DNA from: a virus
Lineage: Duplodnaviria > Caudoviricetes
Length of the DNA: 44,189 bases
IMG/VR virus record: IMGVR_UViG_3300020045_005439
Location: 1-44,189 of that record
Reading direction: 5' to 3' (one strand)
Part shown: positions 1-8,976 of the stretch, piece by piece
How positions within the stretch are numbered: position 1 is the first letter of the stretch
Layout of the letters: every line of letters begins with the position of its first letter
Notes under the pieces: model-generated
Seen by the model: the letters and a program-made list of their open reading frames with translations, nothing else
Told to the model about the DNA's origin: nothing
The model's database searches: none
Position numbers and translations under genes: made by a program

Positions 1-34
1 TGGTAGTCAAATAATTTACCTTTAACAAGCCATT

Positions 35-126
35 TAAAAGCTGTTATTATATCAGAGCATATCCAATCGGGGTGAATGCGTTTAGCGGTTTGGATAAGCT
101 CTAGCATAGCCAATTTGTCTGGCCTA
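35..126. repeat. 92-bp perfect inverted repeat of the opposite contig end (44098-44189)
   Basis: 35-126 is the exact reverse complement of 44098-44189, checked by eye; imperfect match extends to about 137/44087. Confidence 0.95.
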
Positions 127-252
127 ATAGGTATTAGGGAAGCTAAAGAAAGAGCTAATTTAGCGGGCAAGGTATTAGCATCAGCTAAATTAGAACTTGA
201 GTATAATGCCTATATAAAGGCTAATAAAAAGATTGATTTCCTAGAGTATTAA
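127..252 (+). CDS. 5'-truncated hypothetical protein (C-terminus IGIREAKERANLAGKVLASAKLELEYNAYIKANKKIDFLEY*)
   Basis: Open frame ending in TAA at 250-252, 7 nt before the next gene; its start is lost at the inversion junction. Confidence 0.6.
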   Translation: MGIREAKERANLAGKVLASAKLELEYNAYIKANKKIDFLEY

Positions 253-259
253 AAAATAT

Positions 260-868
260 ATGGAAAATCAATTAATTAACAACGGCATTGCTCAAAGTAG
301 TGATGCCGTTTTAAAAAAAGAAAAAATACACAAATGGAGATTAGAAAATAAAGAATGGATTAAAACACACCAAAAATCATATTATGAAAAAAATAAAGAG
401 AGGATAGCACTACGACAAAAAATACGGCATAAAAAAAATAAAGAGAGAGATTCACTGCAAAATAAAATCTGGCGAAGTAAGAACAAAGAGAAAATAGCGG
501 CACGAGCTAAAATCTGGCGTGAGAAAAACAAAGAGAAAATAGTACTACAAAACAAAATATGGTATGAAAAAAATAAAGAGGCATCAAAAAAAGCATCAAA
601 GATATATAGAGAAGAAAACAAAGAAGCTATAAAACGACAACAACAAGAGTATAATAAAAATAATAAATGTTTCAATAGAAAACGGAATAATAAAAATAGT
701 AAAAAACGATGCGATAGGTTGTCTGATTCCTATATAATTAGTTGCCTTAGAGATAATTCAGCATTAAAGGCAGCGGATATAAGGCAGCACCCAGAATTAA
801 TACAGGCGTATAGAGATCTTTTAAAATTTAAAAGGCTTGTAAAAAATAAAATCTATGATTCTCAATAA
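260..868 (+). CDS. Basic helical protein with (W/Y)xxxNKE-type repeats, putative DNA-binding
   Basis: 202 aa, very K/R-rich, roughly 15-aa periodic NKE motif; no clear HNH catalytic motif. Confidence 0.6.
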   Translation: MENQLINNGIAQSSDAVLKKEKIHKWRLENKEWIKTHQKSYYEKNKERIALRQKIRHKKNKERDSLQNKIWRSKNKEKIAARAKIWREKNKEKIVLQNKIWYEKNKEASKKASKIYREENKEAIKRQQQEYNKNNKCFNRKRNNKNSKKRCDRLSDSYIISCLRDNSALKAADIRQHPELIQAYRDLLKFKRLVKNKIYDSQ

Positions 869-1409
869 AAAAGCAATTAAAGAAGTAAGGCTGTCTTTCC
901 CCAAAGAAGATCTTAAAAGATACCCATACCTCCTCCACCAAGATGAACACTATCGCCTTTTAAAATATATATCCTTTCAGTATTCTAACGCCCTTTTCTT
1001 AGATGTCGGAACATTATTCGGCCACTCCGCTTTATGCTTATCAGCTAACCCTGAAAATAGAGTGATAACTTATGACATTAAAAAGCAATCTAAAATATTA
1101 GATAATATAAAAAATGTCCAAATTAAAATCATGGATGGGAATATAGAAGATGCCGAGATATTAAAACAAGCTAAAGTTATTCTTCTAGACGTAGACCCAC
1201 ACGATAGCCTTCAAGAAATGAGATTTTATAATACACTTAAATTCTATGACTTTAAAGGTATCCTAATACTAGATGATATTCACCTCAATAAGAATATGAA
1301 TACTTTCTGGGATGCTCTCGCACTAGAAAAACATGACCTCACAGAAATAGCCCATCATAGCGGAACTGGCCTTGTTAACTTCGGGAAAGAGAAAATATAT
1401 ATTATATAA
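855..1409 (+). CDS. Class I SAM-dependent methyltransferase (Methyltransf_24-like)
   Basis: FLDVGTLFGHSAL motif I, YDI, LLDVDPH, GILILDDI. Confidence 0.8.
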   Translation: MILNKKAIKEVRLSFPKEDLKRYPYLLHQDEHYRLLKYISFQYSNALFLDVGTLFGHSALCLSANPENRVITYDIKKQSKILDNIKNVQIKIMDGNIEDAEILKQAKVILLDVDPHDSLQEMRFYNTLKFYDFKGILILDDIHLNKNMNTFWDALALEKHDLTEIAHHSGTGLVNFGKEKIYII

Positions 1410-1447
1410 TTATATAATAATTGTTATATATTTATTATATTTGAAAG

Positions 1448-1654
1448 GTGTGGATGCCTAAAAAATATGATGAATATTACTATATAGATAACAATGGGTT
1501 TATCAATGTAGCGCAATGTTACCACGATCCCACAGATGCAGATAGAATACAATTAGGCAACACTTTTAAAACGAGACAACACGCTGAAAGAGGATTGGAA
1601 TATTTAAAGGAGGGGTTAAGGCGTTATCACGAATATAATAAAGATGGCGAATAA
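1448..1654 (+). CDS. Hypothetical phage protein
   Basis: 68-aa ORF with GNTFKTRQHAE motif, overlapping the next gene. Confidence 0.6.
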   Translation: MWMPKKYDEYYYIDNNGFINVAQCYHDPTDADRIQLGNTFKTRQHAERGLEYLKEGLRRYHEYNKDGE

Positions 1655-2060
1655 TCCTTTTGAAAGGTATCTATCTAAAGAACAGAAATTACAGGCAGGT
1701 ATAGTACAGTGGTTTAGATACCAATATCCTGAATACTTAATAATACCTTTAAACGTAGAATCTAAAAAGTCATTATTTGAGCAATATTTATGGAAAAGAA
1801 TGGGAGGGGTCAAAGGGCTACCAGATTTATTCTTACCATTACATAGTAATACTTATAATGGCTTATTTATTGAATTAAAGCATGAGGACTATAAATTACT
1901 GAAAAAGAATGGGGAGCTTATGAAAAATGAGCATTTAGAGGAACAGGATAAAATGCACAAATTTTTACTAAGACACAATTATCTCGCTCTCTTTTCTCAG
2001 GGCTTCGACAAGACAAAGGAACTAATAGAAAAATACATAAACAACAAATTATATGAGTAA
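1644..2060 (+). CDS. VRR-NUC (PD-D/ExK) nuclease
   Basis: E-x2-LQ, GVKGLPDLF, GLFIELK motifs. Confidence 0.85.
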   Translation: MANNPFERYLSKEQKLQAGIVQWFRYQYPEYLIIPLNVESKKSLFEQYLWKRMGGVKGLPDLFLPLHSNTYNGLFIELKHEDYKLLKKNGELMKNEHLEEQDKMHKFLLRHNYLALFSQGFDKTKELIEKYINNKLYE

Positions 2061-2295
2061 CTTCCTAACAGCAAATCCAGAAATAGAAATGAAAATAGGC
2101 ATATATTATACCGAAGATGGGCAATCTCATCCTGTTACTGTAACCTTTTCTAATCATTCTCGTATTCACTTCCATGATGAGGCTGGGGAAACTCTTATAA
2201 TTAGCATGGATCCAACAGACCTTACAGCTTTATATGGAGCTTATAGACAGATGTTAAAAGAAGATTTGGAGAATGAAAAGAACCAAAAGCTTTAA
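2053..2295 (+). CDS. Hypothetical protein
   Basis: 80-aa ORF overlapping the upstream stop. Confidence 0.65.
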   Translation: MSNFLTANPEIEMKIGIYYTEDGQSHPVTVTFSNHSRIHFHDEAGETLIISMDPTDLTALYGAYRQMLKEDLENEKNQKL

Positions 2296-2364
2296 ATACT
2301 ATTTTGTTATGTGTATTTTAAATATATGCCTAGCTACCATTAAAGGAGCTACTAAAATAGTTAC

Positions 2365-2775
2365 ATGGACATATTCAAAGAAGCAGAAAAAATAATAGAT
2401 TGGTACATAAAGAACTCTAATAGGGAGCAAAGCATAAATATTATATTAACAGCCAGAGACAGACTAGCAGGGTACTCGTATTACATAGCGCAACAGGTGG
2501 CAGAGACTAAAACAGAATATAATTTGGCGTATTACATTAGGAAAATACAAGTAAATAAATCTACTCAGGGTTTTATAAATAATAAGATAGCCATAAGTAA
2601 AGCCAAGATAGACGCAGAATTAGAAAATGAGGCTCTTATTAAAACAGAAATAGAACTAGAAGCCCAGACTTACAGAGCTGATTTACTATTGAAACAGATA
2701 AATAAGATACTAGACGCTATAAGTCAACGGATTGCGTATCTTAAAGTAGAGAATAGTTTAACTAAAATCACATAA
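2365..2775 (+). CDS. Hypothetical all-helical protein (possibly UvsY-like)
   Basis: 136 aa, coiled-coil character; family assignment is a weak impression only. Confidence 0.5.
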   Translation: MDIFKEAEKIIDWYIKNSNREQSINIILTARDRLAGYSYYIAQQVAETKTEYNLAYYIRKIQVNKSTQGFINNKIAISKAKIDAELENEALIKTEIELEAQTYRADLLLKQINKILDAISQRIAYLKVENSLTKIT

Positions 2776-2810
2776 CTAATTGAAACTCCGATAATTACGG
2801 AGATATACGG

Positions 2811-3092
2811 ATGTCAAGAAATAATAAAGGACAATTTACAAAAGGTAATCCAGGTAAACCAAAAGGTAGTACCAATAAAATAACAGCAGAAATTAAAGCT
2901 GTTATATCTGGACAAGTGGAGCCCCATCTATGTAGGATTTCTGATATGCTCCATAAGATAACTACACCAATTGAATTTATTGATGCCATTTCTAAGTTAT
3001 TACCTTATATAGCGCCTAAACTTAGTTCTATTGATGTAAAAGACGAGCAAAAGGATATAACTATCAATGTGGTTTATAAAAAGTCTAGTTAG
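2811..3092 (+). CDS. terS: Terminase small subunit (putative)
   Basis: GQFTKGNPGKPKGSTNK N-terminal motif; directly upstream of terL. Confidence 0.75.
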   Translation: MSRNNKGQFTKGNPGKPKGSTNKITAEIKAVISGQVEPHLCRISDMLHKITTPIEFIDAISKLLPYIAPKLSSIDVKDEQKDITINVVYKKSS

Positions 3093-4324
3093 TGGAAATA
3101 GATATTCAATTACCTGAACCACATGTAAGCCAATTAGATATTATAGAAAATTCTAAAAGGTTTAATATCGTTTGCTGCGGCAGGCGTTTTGGTAAAACGG
3201 TATTAGGAATCAATAGAATTATAGATGTAGCCTTACAAGGGTATCCCGTAGCTTGGTATTCACCTACCTATAAAATGCTTAATAAAACATGGAAAGAAAT
3301 AAAAAATATTCTGTCACCTATTATAAAACAGAAAGAAGAACAAACTAAGCATATTGAATTAATAACAAATGGAATCATAGATTTCTGGTCTATGGATAAC
3401 ATCGAATCTTCAAGGGGGCAATCCTATAAGCGCATAATATGTGACGAGGTAGCCATAGTAAGAAACTTTGAGGAGCTATGGACACAGGCAGTAAGGCCAA
3501 CGTTAACAGATCTTAGAGGTGACGCTTATTTCTTATCCACTCCTAAAGGCATTAACTCTTACTTTTATGAGATGTATAACTACCAAGATAAATATGATAA
3601 TTGGGCTTCATGGCACATGCCTACTTATGCTAATCCTTATATTCCTAAAGAAGAAATAGACGAAGTAAAGCAGCAGTTAGACCCAATCATTTTCAAACAA
3701 GAATATGAAGCCGAGTTTGTTTCCACTGCCGATAAACCATTTTTATATTGCTTCGATAAGGATAAGCATATAAGCGACACTATACAACTTAATCCAAATG
3801 AAACCGTATACCTATCCCATGACTTTAATGTCGATCCTTGCACGGCTATTATAGCACAGCATGGAGGGGATTATATCCATATACTAGACGAAATAAGATT
3901 GAACAACTCTAACATCTATGAAGTAGCAGCACATATAAAATCCAAGTACCCCAACTGCCATTACCTTATTACTGGTGATGCCTCTGGCTTTAGCAGAACG
4001 ACCCAGACGAAAGGGAATATAAATAACTATACAATATTACTTAAAGAGCTTAACGTATCTCAGGAGCAACTACGAGTACCTAGATCGAACCCTGCAATAT
4101 CTGAATCACGTACCTTATGTAATGCCATATTGTCAAATCATAGGAGCTTTAAAATACATTCTAAATGCAAGTACCTAATCGAGGATATGATGTTTTGCCA
4201 AGTAGACGATGAAGGGCAAATAGATAAGGCTAAGAACGCCCACCAATCGCATTTACTTGACTGTGCCAGATATTACATAAATAGTTTTCACGGTTATTTT
4301 ATCCGTTCATATAATAAAAAATAA
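3092..4324 (+). CDS. terL: Terminase large subunit
   Basis: Walker A CGRRFGKT, Walker B IICDE, STPKG coupling motif, nuclease DFNVDP and HLLDCARY. Confidence 0.95.
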   Translation: MEIDIQLPEPHVSQLDIIENSKRFNIVCCGRRFGKTVLGINRIIDVALQGYPVAWYSPTYKMLNKTWKEIKNILSPIIKQKEEQTKHIELITNGIIDFWSMDNIESSRGQSYKRIICDEVAIVRNFEELWTQAVRPTLTDLRGDAYFLSTPKGINSYFYEMYNYQDKYDNWASWHMPTYANPYIPKEEIDEVKQQLDPIIFKQEYEAEFVSTADKPFLYCFDKDKHISDTIQLNPNETVYLSHDFNVDPCTAIIAQHGGDYIHILDEIRLNNSNIYEVAAHIKSKYPNCHYLITGDASGFSRTTQTKGNINNYTILLKELNVSQEQLRVPRSNPAISESRTLCNAILSNHRSFKIHSKCKYLIEDMMFCQVDDEGQIDKAKNAHQSHLLDCARYYINSFHGYFIRSYNKK

Positions 4325-4340
4325 TATATTTACATAATCT

Positions 4341-4508
4341 ATGTTCAAAGAAAAGAAAATAGAAAATATTAAAGAGGTAATTTACAACCTTCAAAAGCAA
4401 TTTGCGTACAACGATGAAATGCCATTAGCAGACTTTATTTTGGCATTTGAGGACTATGAACAGCGTTTGGAAACGTTAATAACCATGCTTAATGAAGACA
4501 CCTTTTAA
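4341..4508 (+). CDS. Small hypothetical protein (55 aa, not in ORF track)
   Basis: ATG 4341 to TAA 4508, MFKEKKIENIKEVIYNLQKQF...; fills the gap after terL. Confidence 0.55.
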   Translation: MFKEKKIENIKEVIYNLQKQFAYNDEMPLADFILAFEDYEQRLETLITMLNEDTF

Positions 4509-4725
4509 ATGCAAACTAAAAGTAGTTACATTCAATGAGGATGATCAGATTATTAGTGTTAAGTATTGTGACGGCATTATAGACTTTGATAGAATTGAGA
4601 CGGTATATGAGTATAATGAAGAAATTTACGCTATAATGCAAAGCGGAGTTGAGTATATAATTATAGAAGATTTCGATAAATTAAGCCTTTTCATAGAAGG
4701 CATGAGTAAAATAAAACAGCAATAA
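4492..4725 (+). CDS. Hypothetical protein
   Basis: 77-aa ORF in operon. Confidence 0.65.
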   Translation: MKTPFKCKLKVVTFNEDDQIISVKYCDGIIDFDRIETVYEYNEEIYAIMQSGVEYIIIEDFDKLSLFIEGMSKIKQQ

Positions 4726-4726
4726 T

Positions 4727-5110
4727 ATGGCAGCATGTAGTAATTGTTCTCCCTGTAAAACGATACCTACCTGTGTTGATAGTCTTTTAATAGGTTCTAT
4801 TACAAGTCTTAGTACAGATGTAACAGTATACTTCAAAGATATAACGACACAAAAGATATACACCTTTGAAGAAACAACGGACGGATCAGGCAATATAACA
4901 GTGGACTTAGGTACTCTTAACCCAATTAATGCCACTCATACTTTTGAAGTATGGGCAACATTAAAAGGGGCTGCAAGCATACATGACAATGAAACATTAA
5001 CGGTTGGATCTACTGAAACAGACTGCATACTATTTACAGGGGAGTATGTGGTATCTGTTTCAGATTCACCGTATAGCTATATGACTATAAGTGTTGAATT
5101 ACAAGACTAA
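4727..5110 (+). CDS. Putative small virion protein (Cys-rich N-terminus, beta-rich)
   Basis: MAACSNCSPCKTIPTC; S/T-rich acidic composition like the other structural genes. Confidence 0.55.
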   Translation: MAACSNCSPCKTIPTCVDSLLIGSITSLSTDVTVYFKDITTQKIYTFEETTDGSGNITVDLGTLNPINATHTFEVWATLKGAASIHDNETLTVGSTETDCILFTGEYVVSVSDSPYSYMTISVELQD

Positions 5111-5117
5111 CTTAATT

Positions 5118-5255
5118 ATGTATACTACTATATTACTACGACATGAGAATGGTAAATTTAAGTATGGCATGTTTATAGAATATGAATATCCATACTCAGA
5201 GATAGCGTATATGCACAGTGAACTAATGAAATTATTTGATATTAACTTAAACTAA
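5118..5255 (+). CDS. Small hypothetical protein (45 aa, not in ORF track)
   Basis: ATG 5118 to TAA 5255; fills the intergenic gap. Confidence 0.5.
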   Translation: MYTTILLRHENGKFKYGMFIEYEYPYSEIAYMHSELMKLFDINLN

Positions 5256-5265
5256 ATAACTAACT

Positions 5266-5475
5266 ATGCCACTAACAACAGGATACTCAACTAACCTAAC
5301 AGGTAACAACAAGAAAGGAACTTTTAATACGGTATTAGCTGAAACGACCATGCTAAACATTAAGTCGGTAGCTTATACCAGAGCACCTAAAAGTAACCCA
5401 TTTATTACATCGAGAGACGGTATATCTGAACTAGATAGAGAATCTAAAATTAAACTTCCTTATCCAGTTCGTTAA
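5266..5475 (+). CDS. Hypothetical protein
   Basis: 69-aa ORF, TAATG-coupled to the next gene. Confidence 0.6.
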   Translation: MPLTTGYSTNLTGNNKKGTFNTVLAETTMLNIKSVAYTRAPKSNPFITSRDGISELDRESKIKLPYPVR

Positions 5476-5903
5476 TGAGTATAATAGAGATAATATTTAT
5501 AGGTAGTATTTGGTGTATAGGAGTATACAAAATTACAGAGGAAGGTATGTTATTAGCCTTTGTAAGGAAGGCATTAAAGCCACTTCCTAAGTTATTAATG
5601 ATGCCTCTAATAGATTGCCTCACGTGTATGGCCTCCATACATGGTACATTAATTTATTGGAGTGGGGTAAACTATGATCATTCTGTTGTCTATTTACTCC
5701 TACATTGGGTAATTGTAGTCATAGCTATATCAGGGCTAAATAACATTCTAAGTTACTTTGCCTTTCAGGAATCTGATCCTGATTACACACAGGAGTTAAT
5801 AGGTATTAAGAACGCCATTAGAAACCATACTGACAATATAGAAGCAGGCATAAAGAACCTAACAGCACAGATTAAAAAGTTAAAACCCAAAGACGAAGAT
5901 TGA
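5475..5903 (+). CDS. Membrane protein, DUF1360-like
   Basis: Hydrophobic segments and PLIDCLTCMASIHG CxxC motif, C-terminal coiled coil. Confidence 0.65.
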   Translation: MSIIEIIFIGSIWCIGVYKITEEGMLLAFVRKALKPLPKLLMMPLIDCLTCMASIHGTLIYWSGVNYDHSVVYLLLHWVIVVIAISGLNNILSYFAFQESDPDYTQELIGIKNAIRNHTDNIEAGIKNLTAQIKKLKPKDED

Positions 5904-6571
5904 AGCCACTATTAAAAATATTATGGCGTTTATATAAGCCTTACTTTAAGCAATTAGAGTACTTAGAACAGACTAAGTCCAAAGGCTTCGAGAAACTAGA
6001 GAAGGTATTTATAGATAGTAACGGTAAGCAATACTACAAGTACATAGATCCATTCGACATACCTATGCAACGCTATGAGCAAGTGCAGATCTTACTTATG
6101 GAGTTGGATGCAAGGGTTTCTAAAGACGAAATGAACCAGTTCCTAGAAGCAATGGGGTTAGCATTAAATGAAAGCGATAAAAACCTACGTAAGACAATAG
6201 GCTTTCTAATCGGAGAGATGGAGAGGCGTAAAGAGTTACTATTCCACCCCGACATAATGATGAAGCTATTAGCGTGTATGGTTATCCGAGAAGATCAAGA
6301 CAGCACATTGTGGGATGAAGAAATAGAAAAGGAAAAGATAATACAGTTTAAACAAGACAGCAAGCAGGGGGAGGGTTTGCACGATTTTTTTATGCAAGCA
6401 GGCTTGAGCCTGTATATACCTTCCTTGCCGAAGTTAAAAGACGGCTGGGGGAAATATTTGGAGAAGAACCAACTAATAATAAAGAAGCTAAACGAGACGA
6501 TGACGGATATTATTACAGAGTTAAAATCTACAAAAGGATCAGCGAAAACAGAGAAACCATTGTCAGCCTAG
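5900..6571 (+). CDS. Tail assembly chaperone (gpG-like)
   Basis: Upstream of tape measure; contains slippery GAT TTT TTT at 6383-6391. Confidence 0.7.
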   Translation: MKPLLKILWRLYKPYFKQLEYLEQTKSKGFEKLEKVFIDSNGKQYYKYIDPFDIPMQRYEQVQILLMELDARVSKDEMNQFLEAMGLALNESDKNLRKTIGFLIGEMERRKELLFHPDIMMKLLACMVIREDQDSTLWDEEIEKEKIIQFKQDSKQGEGLHDFFMQAGLSLYIPSLPKLKDGWGKYLEKNQLIIKKLNETMTDIITELKSTKGSAKTEKPLSA

Positions 6572-6690
6572 CGGATGGTGATGTGCTTAGAGTAAACGAG
6601 ATATTAAGGTCTTCTTTAGATACTTATTTTAGATTGTTGAAATTTAGGATGGAAGAAATAGATAGGTTAAAAAAGCAAAATAGTGGATAA
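6385..6690 (+). CDS. -1 frameshift extension of tail chaperone (gpGT-like, about 263-aa fusion)
   Basis: T TTT TTT at 6385-6391; the -1 frame stays open 99 codons to TAA 6688-6690 (...SLADGDVLRVNEILRSSLDTYF...); hairpin CAGGC-TTGA-GCCTG about 7 nt downstream. Confidence 0.75.
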   Translation, partial: FFYASRLEPVYTFLAEVKRRLGEIFGEEPTNNKEAKRDDDGYYYRVKIYKRISENRETIVSLADGDVLRVNEILRSSLDTYFRLLKFRMEEIDRLKKQNSG

Positions 6691-6764
6691 TGGGTAATTA
6701 TAAAAATTACAAAAAGATGCCAAAGAAAAAGAAAAAGAAGAAAAAGCCTTCGGGAGGGTATTAA
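6690..6764 (+). CDS. Poly-lysine micro-ORF (MGNYKNYKKMPKKKKKKKKPSGGY)
   Basis: ATG overlaps the TAA of the frameshift product (TAATG); mixed AAA/AAG codons. Confidence 0.4.
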   Translation: MGNYKNYKKMPKKKKKKKKPSGGY

Positions 6765-6813
6765 CGATAATGCAAAGAAAGTTTAAATATATTATTAAAA
6801 CAGCAATACCATT

Positions 6814-8976
6814 ATGGCAGAGTTAGAAAGGATTATACTTAAATATGAGGCTGATATAAAAGACCTTAGAGCTGACCTGAATGGTGTTAAGGCGCAAATG
6901 AAAGATGTTGAGAGTACAGGTAAGAAAAGTGCTGATGGATTAGGTAGCGCATTTAAAAAGATAGGCGGTGTAATAGCAGGGGTATTCGCTACACAACAAA
7001 TAATATCTTTTAGTAAAGCAAGTATAGCTGCCTTTAATAGTGCCAAACAAGCGGAAAGTCAATTGTTAGTAGCTTTAAAAGGCAGGGTTTCTGTCCAACA
7101 GGAATTAATAAAACAAGCCAGTGCACTACAAAAAACAACCTTATTTGCAGATGACGAAGTAGTAAAAGCTCAGGCATTAATAGCCGCATTTGTAAAGGAA
7201 GAAAAACAAATAAAAGCATTAACAAAAGTAACATTAGACTTTGCTAGTGCTAAAGGCATGGACTTATCTAGTGCCGCAGATTTAATTACAAAAACATTTG
7301 CTAGTAGCACAAACGCTTTAGGGCGTTATGGTATAGAGATTAAAGGTGCAGTGGGATCAAGCCAAAGATTAGCAAGCATAACAAGCCAATTAAATGCAGC
7401 CTTTGAAGGACAAGCAGAAGCAGCATCTAAAGCAGGGGCAGGTGGATTAAAACAGCTTGAAAATGCAGTAGATGATTTACAAGAAAGTTTTGGTGAATTG
7501 ATATTTGGTGGTGGTAAGGTTACTACTTTTTTTAAATCTTTTATTGAGCAATTGGATGAAGGTATTAAAGTGTTAGTTAAATTTTTTAGAACCGCCGAAC
7601 AAGAAACAAATGATCTTATTGTAAAGGCCTCTTCTAAACAAAAAGAGAATCTACAAAAGTTAACAAAAGAACAATTAGAAGGACAAAAGAAGTTATTGGA
7701 AGCAGGGAGAGCATCCTTATTAGAAAAAGGGCGGCCTGAAACAGATCCTAGCTTCCCAAATTCATTTAGGATTCAATTAAAACAACAAGATTTTGATACA
7801 CAATTAGCATTATTAAATGGCCAATTAAAAGCTATTCAAGAAATAGAACAAGAGGCTGCATCTAAGATCGCTAGTGATCAAGTTAAAGCTACTGATGCTG
7901 CACTGGAAAGATTTAAAGCAGGGGAAAGCGAAAGGAAAAGCGTAAAAGAACAAGCATTTGAGGAGCTTGCACAAATAGAGAAAGATGCGCTTGATGCAGC
8001 ATTAAAAGCACAAGAGAAATATTATGACGATATAAAAACTTTAGATGATATAAATACAGACACATCTATCAGTCTAATAGAAAATGAAGTCGATCAGAAA
8101 ATAGCGATACTGCAAAAAGAAGTAGATGCCAAAGGTGATCAAATACAGAGTTCAGTCGTATCAGAAGAAGAAAAAAACGAGGCATTAAAACAACTTGCAA
8201 TAAGTTTTGAAGATGGAGTAAAGCAGATTAGGGATGATGCCAGAAAAGAAGAGCATGAAGCGATAGTTAAGGCAGAAAAAGAAAAAAACGATGAATTATT
8301 ATCTTTAAAGCAAGCTAGATTAGCAGCGGAAAATGAGTTAAACCAAGAATTTATTAATTCTGCAATGCAACTTTCTGATGCCTTAATAAAATTAGTTGGT
8401 AGTGAAACGACCGCAGGTAAAGCCGCATTTGCATTTCAAAAAGCACTGGCATTGGCGCAAATAATAATTAATTTTCAAAAAGAATTGGCTGAGATAAACG
8501 CCAATCCAGTTGTGAATTTAGATGTGTCACAAGCAACAAGAGCAAGTTTAACCGCAGCAGCAACCGTTAGATTTGTAACTGGATTGGCTACAGTAGGCTC
8601 GACTGTTATTAAAGGATTTAAAGAAGGTGTTATAGACTTACAAGGGAAAGGAACAACTACAAGCGATTCTATCCCTGCCAGACTATCTAAGCATGAATCA
8701 GTAATGACCGCAGATGAAACTTTTAAATATAAAGAAGAGCTTTTAGCTATGAGGAAAAATAGGTTTAAAGACTTAATATATGATAAATATGTGATGCCTG
8801 TCTTACGGGTTAATAATGGCTATAATAATAATTCGTCCTTTGAGTTTAGTGATATGGGAATCAGAAAAGAAGTAAAGAAACTAAATGACCAATCTAAATT
8901 AAATACAGAATATATAGCGACTAAAATATCGGAATCTAATACCAATTCATTAATGGCGCAAAGACGTAAATTATAA
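6814..8976 (+). CDS. Tail tape measure protein
   Basis: 720 aa, Ala/Lys/Glu-rich helical; C-terminal GFKEGV...GTTTSDSIPARLSKHESVMTA motif typical of tape measure proteins. Confidence 0.9.
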   Translation: MAELERIILKYEADIKDLRADLNGVKAQMKDVESTGKKSADGLGSAFKKIGGVIAGVFATQQIISFSKASIAAFNSAKQAESQLLVALKGRVSVQQELIKQASALQKTTLFADDEVVKAQALIAAFVKEEKQIKALTKVTLDFASAKGMDLSSAADLITKTFASSTNALGRYGIEIKGAVGSSQRLASITSQLNAAFEGQAEAASKAGAGGLKQLENAVDDLQESFGELIFGGGKVTTFFKSFIEQLDEGIKVLVKFFRTAEQETNDLIVKASSKQKENLQKLTKEQLEGQKKLLEAGRASLLEKGRPETDPSFPNSFRIQLKQQDFDTQLALLNGQLKAIQEIEQEAASKIASDQVKATDAALERFKAGESERKSVKEQAFEELAQIEKDALDAALKAQEKYYDDIKTLDDINTDTSISLIENEVDQKIAILQKEVDAKGDQIQSSVVSEEEKNEALKQLAISFEDGVKQIRDDARKEEHEAIVKAEKEKNDELLSLKQARLAAENELNQEFINSAMQLSDALIKLVGSETTAGKAAFAFQKALALAQIIINFQKELAEINANPVVNLDVSQATRASLTAAATVRFVTGLATVGSTVIKGFKEGVIDLQGKGTTTSDSIPARLSKHESVMTADETFKYKEELLAMRKNRFKDLIYDKYVMPVLRVNNGYNNNSSFEFSDMGIRKEVKKLNDQSKLNTEYIATKISESNTNSLMAQRRKL

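Noticed and set aside
35-126. True inverted terminal repeats of a protein-primed linear genome
   Set aside because: The repeat is offset by 34 nt, interrupts genes, and the phage has terminase/portal packaging with no protein-primed polymerase.
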